64,000 nucleotides of DNA from an uncultured delta proteobacterium (GTDB taxonomy: Bacteria > Desulfobacterota > Binatia > UBA9968): the NCBI GenBank assembly GCA_963745835.1, contig CAVUZH010000018.1:288001-352000 (forward strand), written 5' to 3'. The notes under the pieces are model-generated. The model had not been told where the DNA came from, did not search any database, and saw only the letters and a list, made by a program, of their open reading frames with translations. Of this stretch, positions 50,618-64,000 are shown piece after piece. The translations under genes were made by a program, and so were the position numbers. Position 1 is the first letter of the stretch; the number at the start of each line of letters is the position of its first letter.

Positions 50618-50676
50618 AATATAATATGCTCCCAAATATTAGTCAAGTACTTCTGATTATTTTGGGAGCATATTAT
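50618..50676 (-). promoter_or_regulatory. higB promoter with a 16-bp perfect inverted-repeat operator
   Basis: Minus strand TTGACT-17 bp-TATATT, then 5 nt to the ATG; arms ATAATATGCTCCCAAA (50621..50636) and TTTGGGAGCATATTAT (50661..50676). Confidence 0.8.
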
Positions 50677-51102
50677 GTTAGGCTAGCTGTCCACAAAATT
50701 ACCGACTCGGTACCCCCAGGTGAACCAGCCGCGGGGCCAACGAGGGAGCACGGCGCCGGCAGCCTAAGAAATGGTGACCGGGAGAAAATAGGGTCGCGTC
50801 TACTTTGGTTAATCGGAGGTATTCAGCTCGACTGGAGGGGAAAAGATTCTAGGAATGTTGAGTATTGACTTATTCTGCAGGCGACAGAGTGACGGTCGCG
50901 TCTTTTACCTTCGCTGTTATCGGCTGAAATTCCAATTCAACTGACTTGTCAGAAATTCCCTGCAGCACAGAACCCAATTCTTGTTAGCGGAAGATTCGGG
51001 ATCAGTTCTTTAACAACACGGCTTGAGTGCCACGCTTCGCTACTTTGATATTTATTGAAGAGTTTAGTTTCTAGATGCCGACGCCTCAGTGCCATTGGGC
51101 TG

Positions 51103-51810
51103 CTAGAACTTTTCCGACCATGGCCGTAATTCAATGTGAGAGGCCCATGCGCTGCGGTGCTGGCGGTGCAGGTGGAGATAAGTCTGAGCGATGGCGTCCG
51201 GATCGAGACAGCCGTCGGGACCGCGCTCCGTCAAACGCTCCGGGCGTTCCGGGTTGTTAATTCCACCGTCGATCACTACTTGAGCGACGTGAATATTTCG
51301 CGGCTGAAGCTCACGCGCCATGCTTTGCACCAGCCCAGTCAGACCCATTTTGCCCATCGCGAATGCCGGGGAGTTGGCGTAACCTTTGACGCTCGCGGAT
51401 GCGCCGGTGAACAGGAGCGTGCCGTTGCCGGCTTTGAGCATTCTTTTGGCGGCCTCCTGGCCGATAAGAAACCCGCCGTAACAGGTGATCAAGATTGTCT
51501 GGCGCACGTCTTCGGGGTCGAGTTCGGTGATCGGACCGCGGACGCGACCGCTGGCATTGTAGACTACAAGATTGGGCTCGCCGAGATCTTGGCTCACCGA
51601 CTGGAACAGCTTTTTCACATCCGTTGGGCTGGTCGCATCGCATGCGTACGCGCGTCCGTCGATTTCTTTGACTAAGCTGTCCAGTTTTTTGATGTTGCGC
51701 GCGGCCAATGCCACCTTCATCCCTTCTCTCTTAAACAGCCTTGCCAGCGATGCGCTCAATCCCGGTCCGCTGCCGACAATCAATGCGATTTCTTGCTGTG
51801 CCATCGCCAA
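51103..51810 (-). CDS. SDR family oxidoreductase
   Basis: IVGSGPGLS, YNAS, FTGASAS, AFAMGK, ARELQP..IHVA.V.IDG, ELRPW.EKF. Confidence 0.9.
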   Translation of the reverse strand: MAMAQQEIALIVGSGPGLSASLARLFKREGMKVALAARNIKKLDSLVKEIDGRAYACDATSPTDVKKLFQSVSQDLGEPNLVVYNASGRVRGPITELDPEDVRQTILITCYGGFLIGQEAAKRMLKAGNGTLLFTGASASVKGYANSPAFAMGKMGLTGLVQSMARELQPRNIHVAQVVIDGGINNPERPERLTERGPDGCLDPDAIAQTYLHLHRQHRSAWASHIELRPWSEKF

Positions 51811-52015
51811 TCCTCCAACCGGCCGGATATCAAGATGCGTTCAGACAGTCAATCAATAAAACAAACTGTAGAATAGCTGGCTTTTGAAGCTCATCATTCT
51901 CAAATCAAAATGAAAGATATGAGACAGCATCGAAAAATTCAGCACCAACAGGTACTATAAAGAAAGCTTTTGACCTGAAAATCTATTCACCATCCCGAGA
52001 CCGAATAGGACCAAC

Positions 52016-53017
52016 ATGACAATTCGCATCGCCCAGTTTGTGCACGCCACTCACGACGTAGTAGATGAAGCTTTCCTGCGGGAATTTCCCGAAGTCGAGG
52101 CGATCAAGGCCAATGATCTCGAAACGCTGGCCGATGCGCTCGAGGGAGCGGAAATTTTCCAAGTTTATAATTCCGCCTTCACGCCGGAGTTCGCCAAGCT
52201 CGTGCGCGACAAGGGATGCGCGCTGAAGTGGATTCAGTTCACCACCGTCGGTATCGATATCGCGCTGAAAGCCGGGCTGCCCGAAGGTGTCTGGGTCACC
52301 AACAGCGGCGACGTCAGCCAGCGGGTATTGGCGGGGCATGCCATCGCGTTGATGCTGGGCGTCATGCGAGGATTTCGTCGGTTCGAGCCGCTGCGCGCGC
52401 AACGTAATTATGCGCGGCAGGCTTTGCCTCGCTACATGATGGCGCCCGACGGCGCGCGCATGGTGATCCTCGGCATGGGCCGCATCGGCCAGGACATCGC
52501 GCGCAAAGCCAAGGCATTCGACATGGAAGTGATCTGCGTCACCCGCGCGCCGGCTCCCGCCGTGCCGGAGATCGACCACGTGGTGCCTCGCGAAAAGGTT
52601 GACGAGGTGCTTCCCGCCGCCGACGTGATCATGATCGCGATGCCGCTCGATGCCGGCACCCAGGGATTCATGAACGCCGAACGGATCGCGCTCATGAAAG
52701 AGACGGCGGTGTTCGTGAACATCTCCCGCGGCAAGGTGGTGGACGAGGCGGCGCTGGCGCGCGCGCTCGCCGAAGGCCGTATCATGGGCGCGGGGCTCGA
52801 CGCTTTCGCCCAGGAACCGTTGCCCGCAACGAGCCCGCTGTGGGATCTCCCAAACGTGCTGATGACGCCGCATGTCGGCGGCAACGGCGGGCGGGAGTTG
52901 TGGCGGCGTATGAGCGACCTGGTGCGCGACAACATGCGCCGCTATCTTTCGGGCGCGCCGCTCAAACACGTAGTCAGAACACCGGACGGCACGCTGCAAG
53001 GCTTGGGAAATCTGTAG
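52016..53017 (+). CDS. D-2-hydroxyacid dehydrogenase family protein
   Basis: LKWIQ...GID, ILGMGRIG, FVNISRG.VVDE, LDAFAQEPL, MTPHVGG. Confidence 0.92.
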   Translation: MTIRIAQFVHATHDVVDEAFLREFPEVEAIKANDLETLADALEGAEIFQVYNSAFTPEFAKLVRDKGCALKWIQFTTVGIDIALKAGLPEGVWVTNSGDVSQRVLAGHAIALMLGVMRGFRRFEPLRAQRNYARQALPRYMMAPDGARMVILGMGRIGQDIARKAKAFDMEVICVTRAPAPAVPEIDHVVPREKVDEVLPAADVIMIAMPLDAGTQGFMNAERIALMKETAVFVNISRGKVVDEAALARALAEGRIMGAGLDAFAQEPLPATSPLWDLPNVLMTPHVGGNGGRELWRRMSDLVRDNMRRYLSGAPLKHVVRTPDGTLQGLGNL

Positions 53018-53063
53018 GCTGACAACTCAGGTTTTTCCGTGGTGCCCAAAGGAGGGAGCGAAC

Positions 53064-53726
53064 ATGTCGGATGAATCTTACAATGCAGTTAAAAACGATT
53101 TCATCACCGCGTTGCGGATCATTTATCGCGAGGGACTGAGCGACGCATTTGCTCATCTCAGCCTGCGCAGCAACGAGGGGAATGAGATGATGTTCATGCC
53201 GCGCAAGAGTCCGGCTTTGGTCACGAGCGACGAGTTGTTTTTTGTGGATTTCGAAAAGCCGGTGCCGCAGTCTTCTTTGCACCAAGCGATCTACAAGGCG
53301 CGTCCCGATGTCAAAGCGATCTTTCATTTTCATTCGCCGGCGGTGATTCTGTTAAGCGTCGTGGGGCAAACCATTCGGCCGATGCATAACTACAGCGCCA
53401 TCTTTCACGAAGGCGTACCGCTCTATACCGGAATCGGGCAGGTGGAATCGCCAGCGCGGGCGGGTGAGATGACCAAGTTGCTGGGCAACGCCAAGGCGCT
53501 GATGCTGCGCGGGCACGGCGCGGTCGTCGTCGGTCAATCGATTCGCGAAGTCTGCATGCTGGCGCTTTTCCTGGAGGAGTCGGCACGGCTGCAAACCGAA
53601 GCCATGAAACTCGGTACGCCGATGTTCATGGAGCGCGACGAAGCCGAAAAAATCGCCAAGCGGACTTTCAAGCCCGCCTCCGTCGACCGGGCTTGGGATC
53701 ACTTTGTCGCGAAACATGCCGATTGA
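53064..53726 (+). CDS. Class II aldolase/adducin family protein
   Basis: AHLS.R, LHQAIYKARPDV.AIFHFHS, LMLRGHG.VVVG. Confidence 0.9.
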   Translation: MSDESYNAVKNDFITALRIIYREGLSDAFAHLSLRSNEGNEMMFMPRKSPALVTSDELFFVDFEKPVPQSSLHQAIYKARPDVKAIFHFHSPAVILLSVVGQTIRPMHNYSAIFHEGVPLYTGIGQVESPARAGEMTKLLGNAKALMLRGHGAVVVGQSIREVCMLALFLEESARLQTEAMKLGTPMFMERDEAEKIAKRTFKPASVDRAWDHFVAKHAD

Positions 53727-53742
53727 TTTTTCCTTTCATCTG

Positions 53743-53899
53743 CTAGCAGAGGTGCTGAAAAAAGCCTCTTGCAGGCTGCTCAAAAAGATCCAGAGGCTAG
53801 GCGCGGGAAAAATCGACGGGCGGAGTCGTACTTACAGTAGGTCGCAGCGAGGCGCTTGAGCGGCAACGAAGCATATGGGTCTTTTCAGCAGCCTGCTAG
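53743..53899. mobile_element. MITE-like dispersed repeat, copy 2, bounded by CTAG
   Basis: CTAGCAG...CTGCTAG ends; inner inverted repeat GCAGGCTGCTCAAAAAGATCC / GGGTCTTTTCAGCAGCCTGC; homologous to 19446..19599. Confidence 0.8.
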
Positions 53900-54582
53900 A
53901 CGCCGCGCCGGTTGCCGTACAGTTCAATGTGCAGGCGCGGTGAATAGCCGTAACCGAATTTTTTGCAAAGCTCGACGATCCATCGGCTCTTCTGATGTAG
54001 TTGCCGTCGGTTTCTGGCTTGCGCCATGATCAGTACACGACTGGTGTCGACATTCTTGAGCGCGTCCACAATCTGCCGGACTTCGGCAAAGTCCTGCTCG
54101 TGGTCAACGACGAATTTGAGCTGATAATCATAGCTATCGATAAACTGCTGCACGACGTTATAATTGAGCCGATGCTGATCGTGCATGGCCGCGAACCTGC
54201 CGTTTTGCTTCTGCCACGGCGTCGAATTCGACAGTTTCGGACTCATAGACACTAAATCGCAACTCACAGGTTTAAAGATCGTCGCCGCGGTTTCGATGGT
54301 GACGTGGGCCCCGGCTGTTTTCAATCTTACTGACAGATCTTCTATCTCAAGGGACAATAACGGCTCTCCCCCGGTGAGCACCACATGATCAAGCGGGTAA
54401 CTCTCGATGGCGTGAAGAATCTCGTCCAGTCCCATCTCCTTTCCGTCGGGACTCCAGGAGGTGTACGGAGTGTCGCACCAGACGCAACGCAGGTTGCAGC
54501 CCGACGTGCGTATAAAAACCGACGGCGCTCCGCTTAGCCGTCCTTCTCCCTGAATCGAGTAGAAAATTTCCGAGATACGCAT
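53896..54582 (-). CDS. queE: 7-carboxy-7-deazaguanine synthase (radical SAM)
   Basis: ISEIFYSIQGEG, FIRTSGCNLRCVWCDT, TGGEP, IET, SPKL, RLHI.LYG. Confidence 0.95.
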   Translation of the reverse strand: MRISEIFYSIQGEGRLSGAPSVFIRTSGCNLRCVWCDTPYTSWSPDGKEMGLDEILHAIESYPLDHVVLTGGEPLLSLEIEDLSVRLKTAGAHVTIETAATIFKPVSCDLVSMSPKLSNSTPWQKQNGRFAAMHDQHRLNYNVVQQFIDSYDYQLKFVVDHEQDFAEVRQIVDALKNVDTSRVLIMAQARNRRQLHQKSRWIVELCKKFGYGYSPRLHIELYGNRRGV

Positions 54583-54898
54583 AAAGCCACCCTAGCAAAG
54601 GCAACCGCGCGCCGAAAGTTAGATTGGGTCTTGGGTTCTGGGTGTTCGTTTCAATCCCCGTCATCAGTCCGCGGTCGCCGGTCTCGCGTTCCACTCATCA
54701 GTCTCAGGTGCGGGCTGACCTTTGGAAATTCTGCTCTGATCCTCTCTATTGCATGCGTCCATTACCAACACCTAGTAGCCAATGCCCGTCCCAAGTCCCG
54801 GCGTTTTCTTGACTCACGGCCGCCTTGTGTTAAATGTGTTAGGTTGGGGCGTGCGAAGATCTCCCCTGACTGTAAGTTCGCTCGATTCTCTCCCTCCC

Positions 54899-55141
54899 AT
54901 GGAAATAGATAAAGAAGCTCTGCTGGCTGAAGAACGAAGAATTCGCAGGCTGCGCCGGGCGATGGATATTGCCGTAGCGCTGCTGTGGCAGGTCGATCTG
55001 ACCTTGGCCGAAGCTCAAGACGTGGTCGAGCACGCAAAGAAAACCGCCCTCCAGCTATTTCCAGATAAAGAAGAAACTTTCGATTTGATCTATGGCTCGC
55101 GCTTTCGCCGGGTCCTGGTGGAGAAGTACCGCCTGCAGTAA
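54899..55141 (+). CDS. Small helical hypothetical protein upstream of uvrA
   Basis: MEIDKEAL..EERRIRRLRR...ALQLFPDKEETFDLIY..RF.R; 8 bp from the uvrA start. Confidence 0.7.
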   Translation: MEIDKEALLAEERRIRRLRRAMDIAVALLWQVDLTLAEAQDVVEHAKKTALQLFPDKEETFDLIYGSRFRRVLVEKYRLQ

Positions 55142-55149
55142 GTCAAAAT

Positions 55150-60831
<5,682 letters not shown>

Positions 60832-60832
60832 T

Positions 60833-61225
60833 ATGGCGCGGCGCATTCTACCGATGCTGGGATATGGCTTGCGCCTCAAATGCCCACGCTGCGGCGTCGG
60901 ATCGCTGTATGCGGCGGTTTTCCGAATGCATACAACGTGTCCTCATTGCGGGCTGATTTTCGAACGGGAGCAGGGCTATTTCATCGGCGCGATTTACATC
61001 AATTACGCCGCCACGGTGCTGATCGCAATCCCGGGATTCTTTCTCCTGAGCATCTTCACCAACCTGACCTTCGACCAGCAACTGTGGATTTGGATTTCCT
61101 TCGCGATTATTTTTCCATTGCTCTTTTTCCACCATTCCAGAAGCCTATGGTTGGTGCTGGATCATATCTTCAATCCGCCCGAGAAGGTTTACAGGGTGCC
61201 GCCAAAGAAGAGTCAGCAGAGCTGA
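60833..61225 (+). CDS. DUF983 domain-containing protein
   Basis: CPRCG.G.LY, CPHCGL.FERE.GYF.GA, two TM helices, SRSLW. Confidence 0.88.
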   Translation: MARRILPMLGYGLRLKCPRCGVGSLYAAVFRMHTTCPHCGLIFEREQGYFIGAIYINYAATVLIAIPGFFLLSIFTNLTFDQQLWIWISFAIIFPLLFFHHSRSLWLVLDHIFNPPEKVYRVPPKKSQQS

Positions 61226-61500
61226 CGGTTCCAATCGTTCCAGCTGTTCCAATCGTTCCAACGGTTAGGGATAGGCCGTGTGCTGTCGTTCCGCTGCAGC
61301 CGCTGGTTCACTGTCGTCGCTCTAGAAGGATTGCCGCTTGATCGGTGTGTCACCTTGAACTGCGGAATCCGAGATTATAGAAGATGCCGAACAACTTTCC
61401 ACCTTGGCAGAAGGCGATCGGGCTGCCAGCAAACGATCAAGAAAGTTAGAGTCCGAAAAACGTGTGGAACAATTGGAACCGCTGGAACGATTGGAACGAG
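61225..61500. repeat. Two inverted 4 x 9-nt arrays (NNNGTTCCA / TGGAACNNN) flanking about 200 bp
   Basis: ACGGTTCCA ATCGTTCCA GCTGTTCCA ATCGTTCCA (61225..61260) and TGGAACAAT TGGAACCGC TGGAACGAT TGGAACGAG (61465..61500). Confidence 0.85.
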
Positions 61501-61506
61501 TTCAGT

Positions 61507-62367
61507 TTATCCCACCGCCAGCGCCACCACTCCCAGAACCATTGCCGAAGCGGCGACTAACCTGCGCGTGCCGTCGCCCTCCGCGAGCAGGCGGGTTCCC
61601 ATAGCGGTGCCGATCAAGATGCTGATCTCGCGCGCCGGCGCGACGTAACTCACCGGCGTAAACTGCATGGCCGTGAGAACCAGGATGTAGGAGAGCGGCG
61701 CTAGGACAGCAACCCCGATCGCTTCAAACCTGTGCTCGCGCCATTCCGCTCGCGTTTCCTGGGGATAGCGTAGAGGGAGAGATGTCAGCAAAATTGTCCT
61801 GCCGAGATTTGCGCCCCAATCGAGTATCAGAGGCGGCACCGCGAACCGGCCAACCGCCTGCTTGTCCCATAAAGTATAAGCCGCGATAAACAAGCCGGTC
61901 ACTGCCGCATAGAGCACCGCGGTTTTGACTCCGCTCTGGCGCAAGCTCTTCGGATTGCTGGTAATCACGACCACACCGCCGATGATCAGCAATGCGCCAA
62001 TCAGCGCGAGCGCCGAAGGTCTCTCGCCAAGCAGGAGTATCGCCGCGAGTGTCGAAAGCAACGGCCCTGTGCCGCGCGCCAGCGGATAGACCAACGACAG
62101 GTCGCCGACCCGATAGCCCTGATTGAGCAGAATGAAATAGGCGCTATGCAGGGCCGCGCTCCCTGCCATCAGCCCCAGCTCAACAACGCCGATTTCCACG
62201 CGCGTTACAAAGATCACTCCGACCGCCACCGGCGTATAAAAGATTGCCGATAGGACAGCCACCAGCCAGGTAAATGTCACATGACCGCTGGCCCGCTTGT
62301 TCAACAAGTTCCAGCTCGCGTGAATAAAAGCCGCCGCCAGGATTAAAATGAGCGCGCCGAGAGTCAT
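61507..62367 (-). CDS. DMT/EamA family transporter
   Basis: AA.IHASWN.L.K, GY..GDLSLVYPLARGTGP, YTLWDK, SYVAPAREISI; about 10 TM helices. Confidence 0.9.
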   Translation of the reverse strand: MTLGALILILAAAFIHASWNLLNKRASGHVTFTWLVAVLSAIFYTPVAVGVIFVTRVEIGVVELGLMAGSAALHSAYFILLNQGYRVGDLSLVYPLARGTGPLLSTLAAILLLGERPSALALIGALLIIGGVVVITSNPKSLRQSGVKTAVLYAAVTGLFIAAYTLWDKQAVGRFAVPPLILDWGANLGRTILLTSLPLRYPQETRAEWREHRFEAIGVAVLAPLSYILVLTAMQFTPVSYVAPAREISILIGTAMGTRLLAEGDGTRRLVAASAMVLGVVALAVG

Positions 62368-62502
62368 GAACGTCGCTGAAGATGGACTCTGACAAGACGG
62401 GGATGATGAACCCCTACCAAGTCCTCTCCCGTGGAAGCGGATGACCAAGACGGAAGGGGATCTCGAACCGGAGCGAAGAAACAGGCAGGACGAGTACGCC
62501 CG

Positions 62503-64000
62503 CTATGCTTTCGGTTTGTGAATGTAGCCGTACGTCAGGTTGCTACGGTCAGCGCCGTTTTTCAGGTAATCCTCCTTTAGCTGAGCAAAACGGTCGTTTT
62601 CTAACGCCGAGCGTTGTCCAGGCGTAAAGTTGTAAAGGCGCGCGTTGTTTTCGCCGAGGATGGCCCGCTTCAACGGCCCGTCGGCGGGTCCGAGCGGTTT
62701 GAAGCCAAACTTCTTTTGCATCTCTTCGGGAATCTCGAGACGGCGCAGCGCTTCGATTTGCCACTGCGGCGAGCCTGTCCAAACTGCGTCCGATCCCCAC
62801 ACCACATGATCGGAGCCCAGGCCTTTCACCAGTGTCCCCATCATGAAAGCGCAGACGCGCGGATCGGCCATCGTGCTCTGCGCGAAGATCTGTCCCAAAT
62901 CACCATAAACGTTTTTCACTCCGAACTGCCCGGGGATGTCTGCGAGATCGCTAACCCATTCGATCCGACCGGTACGGTTTAGCTGTTCATACGCCATTTC
63001 CGCCGTGCCTCCTCCGGCCCAACGATAGCCTGAGTGATAAATGATGAAATTGAGCTGAGGCCAGTCTTTGGCCGCCTTGCCGACATCGGCGACGTGACAG
63101 TAGCCGACCAGATGCGGAAACTTGTGTTCCACCGACGGCGGGAAAAGTCCCTTATGTATGCACACATTAACAATACTGGGGTGATCTTTGCTCCACTTTA
63201 CCAGTCGCTCGTAGAATGGATACATGATGTTCTCATCGTCGAGCCGATACGGATGCTTGGCCAGATGTTTGTTGGTGTTATCGCCGATGGTATAACCCTT
63301 CCATGAATCCGGCTTGAGCGTCTCCATCTCCTCTTCGATCTTGTCAAGCCAGCCCGGCCACCCCGGCGTCATAATCCCGTGGGAGAACATCCGCTTCGCG
63401 CCGGCTTCCTTATTGACTTTGGCGCGCGCGTCGAACTTCATCTGGTTAGTTAGGAACCAATCGCGCGGTTCTTCAGACGGCGAGCCGCTGATGCAGGCGA
63501 CCTGTGTGTCGCTGTCCAGAAATACTTCCTTAAAGTAATTGGCAAACTTCAGGTCCTCCACGGTTTGCGGTTTGCCGGCGAGGGCCGGATTCCAACCGGC
63601 TTTTCCCACTGCTTCGCGCTGGCGCACAAAGCCGGTGTTGCGCGTGTCGTCGCGCAAAAAATGCGTATGCATGTCCATGACGAACTGCTTGGAAAGAGTC
63701 TTCGCGCGCTCGCTCGCCATTTCCGGAATGGCGGCTTCGGCGCGGCTGACGTCGTAAATCGCCCCATGCGTTTCGTTCATAGCGACAAACGCAGCTGCCA
63801 TACCAGCCGCGGTTTTGAAAAACGCGCGGCGGCTCATGCCTTGATGGCGCGCCAGCTCACTGCCGTATTCCTTGATGCGCGCCTCAAACTTGCGCTGCTT
63901 TTCAGTTTGCGCGGCCGGCATGAATTCGTCACTGGAGACCGACTGGGTAGGGATGGGCGAGGGGAAAGCTGATGTCTCCGCCGGCAACAACTGCTTTAAC
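62503..64000 (-). CDS. Amidohydrolase_2 family protein with a Tat-like SRRAFFK segment; 5' end outside the window
   Basis: MDMHTH, WKGYT.G, CIHKG, IIYHSG, WGSDA, ILGENNARLY. Confidence 0.88.
   Translation of the reverse strand, partial: LKQLLPAETSAFPSPIPTQSVSSDEFMPAAQTEKQRKFEARIKEYGSELARHQGMSRRAFFKTAAGMAAAFVAMNETHGAIYDVSRAEAAIPEMASERAKTLSKQFVMDMHTHFLRDDTRNTGFVRQREAVGKAGWNPALAGKPQTVEDLKFANYFKEVFLDSDTQVACISGSPSEEPRDWFLTNQMKFDARAKVNKEAGAKRMFSHGIMTPGWPGWLDKIEEEMETLKPDSWKGYTIGDNTNKHLAKHPYRLDDENIMYPFYERLVKWSKDHPSIVNVCIHKGLFPPSVEHKFPHLVGYCHVADVGKAAKDWPQLNFIIYHSGYRWAGGGTAEMAYEQLNRTGRIEWVSDLADIPGQFGVKNVYGDLGQIFAQSTMADPRVCAFMMGTLVKGLGSDHVVWGSDAVWTGSPQWQIEALRRLEIPEEMQKKFGFKPLGPADGPLKRAILGENNARLYNFTPGQRSALENDRFAQLKEDYLKNGADRSNLTYGYIHKPKA

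Noticed and set aside
50700-51080. Possible transposase-end or other gene remnant
   Set aside because: Only a vague resemblance; no translatable diagnostic motif.
51983-52999. Long antisense ORFs (this 338-aa one, and others such as 43056..43892 and 18310..18975)
   Set aside because: Shadow ORFs opposite well-supported genes, expected in GC-rich coding DNA.
61225-61500. CRISPR array
   Set aside because: Units are 9 nt with no 25-45 nt spacers, and there are no cas genes.

Overview
A GC-rich bacterial chromosomal segment. Gene style, the SsuA/NMT1-type binding protein and the intergenic repeats suggest a Deltaproteobacteria/Candidatus Binatia-like genome, which is inference only. From left to right it holds: a VTT-flavoprotein disulfide reductase / DUF547 / TIGR04283 / TIGR04282 cluster; a decaying accessory stretch (cupin, non-heme haloperoxidase-like hydrolase, NmrA-like protein, ECF sigma with a nonsense codon, several gene remnants); a complete pentose-phosphate cluster (tkt, rpiB, tal-pgi fusion, gnd, zwf, glk, pgl); a type ISP R-M remnant; vapBC; two lipoprotein hydrolases; a cation/H+ antiporter behind an RSPP-ending leader ORF; a kdpD/kdpE locus with two APC (KimA-like) permeases and USP domains but no kdpFABC in the window; a hidden UGA-recoded UxxC peroxiredoxin-like selenoprotein with a SECIS-like hairpin; a fabF-methyltransferase-flavoprotein cluster; a thyX-like gene; three toxin-antitoxin modules; queE; a double-length uvrA; and a partial amidohydrolase. 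Two copies of a ~155 bp MITE-like element and several GTTCAA/GTTCCA micro-arrays are present. Many small frameshifts between 35 and 49 kb are most simply explained as assembly indels. I saw no rRNA, tRNA or CRISPR array. All family assignments come from motif recognition, not database searches.
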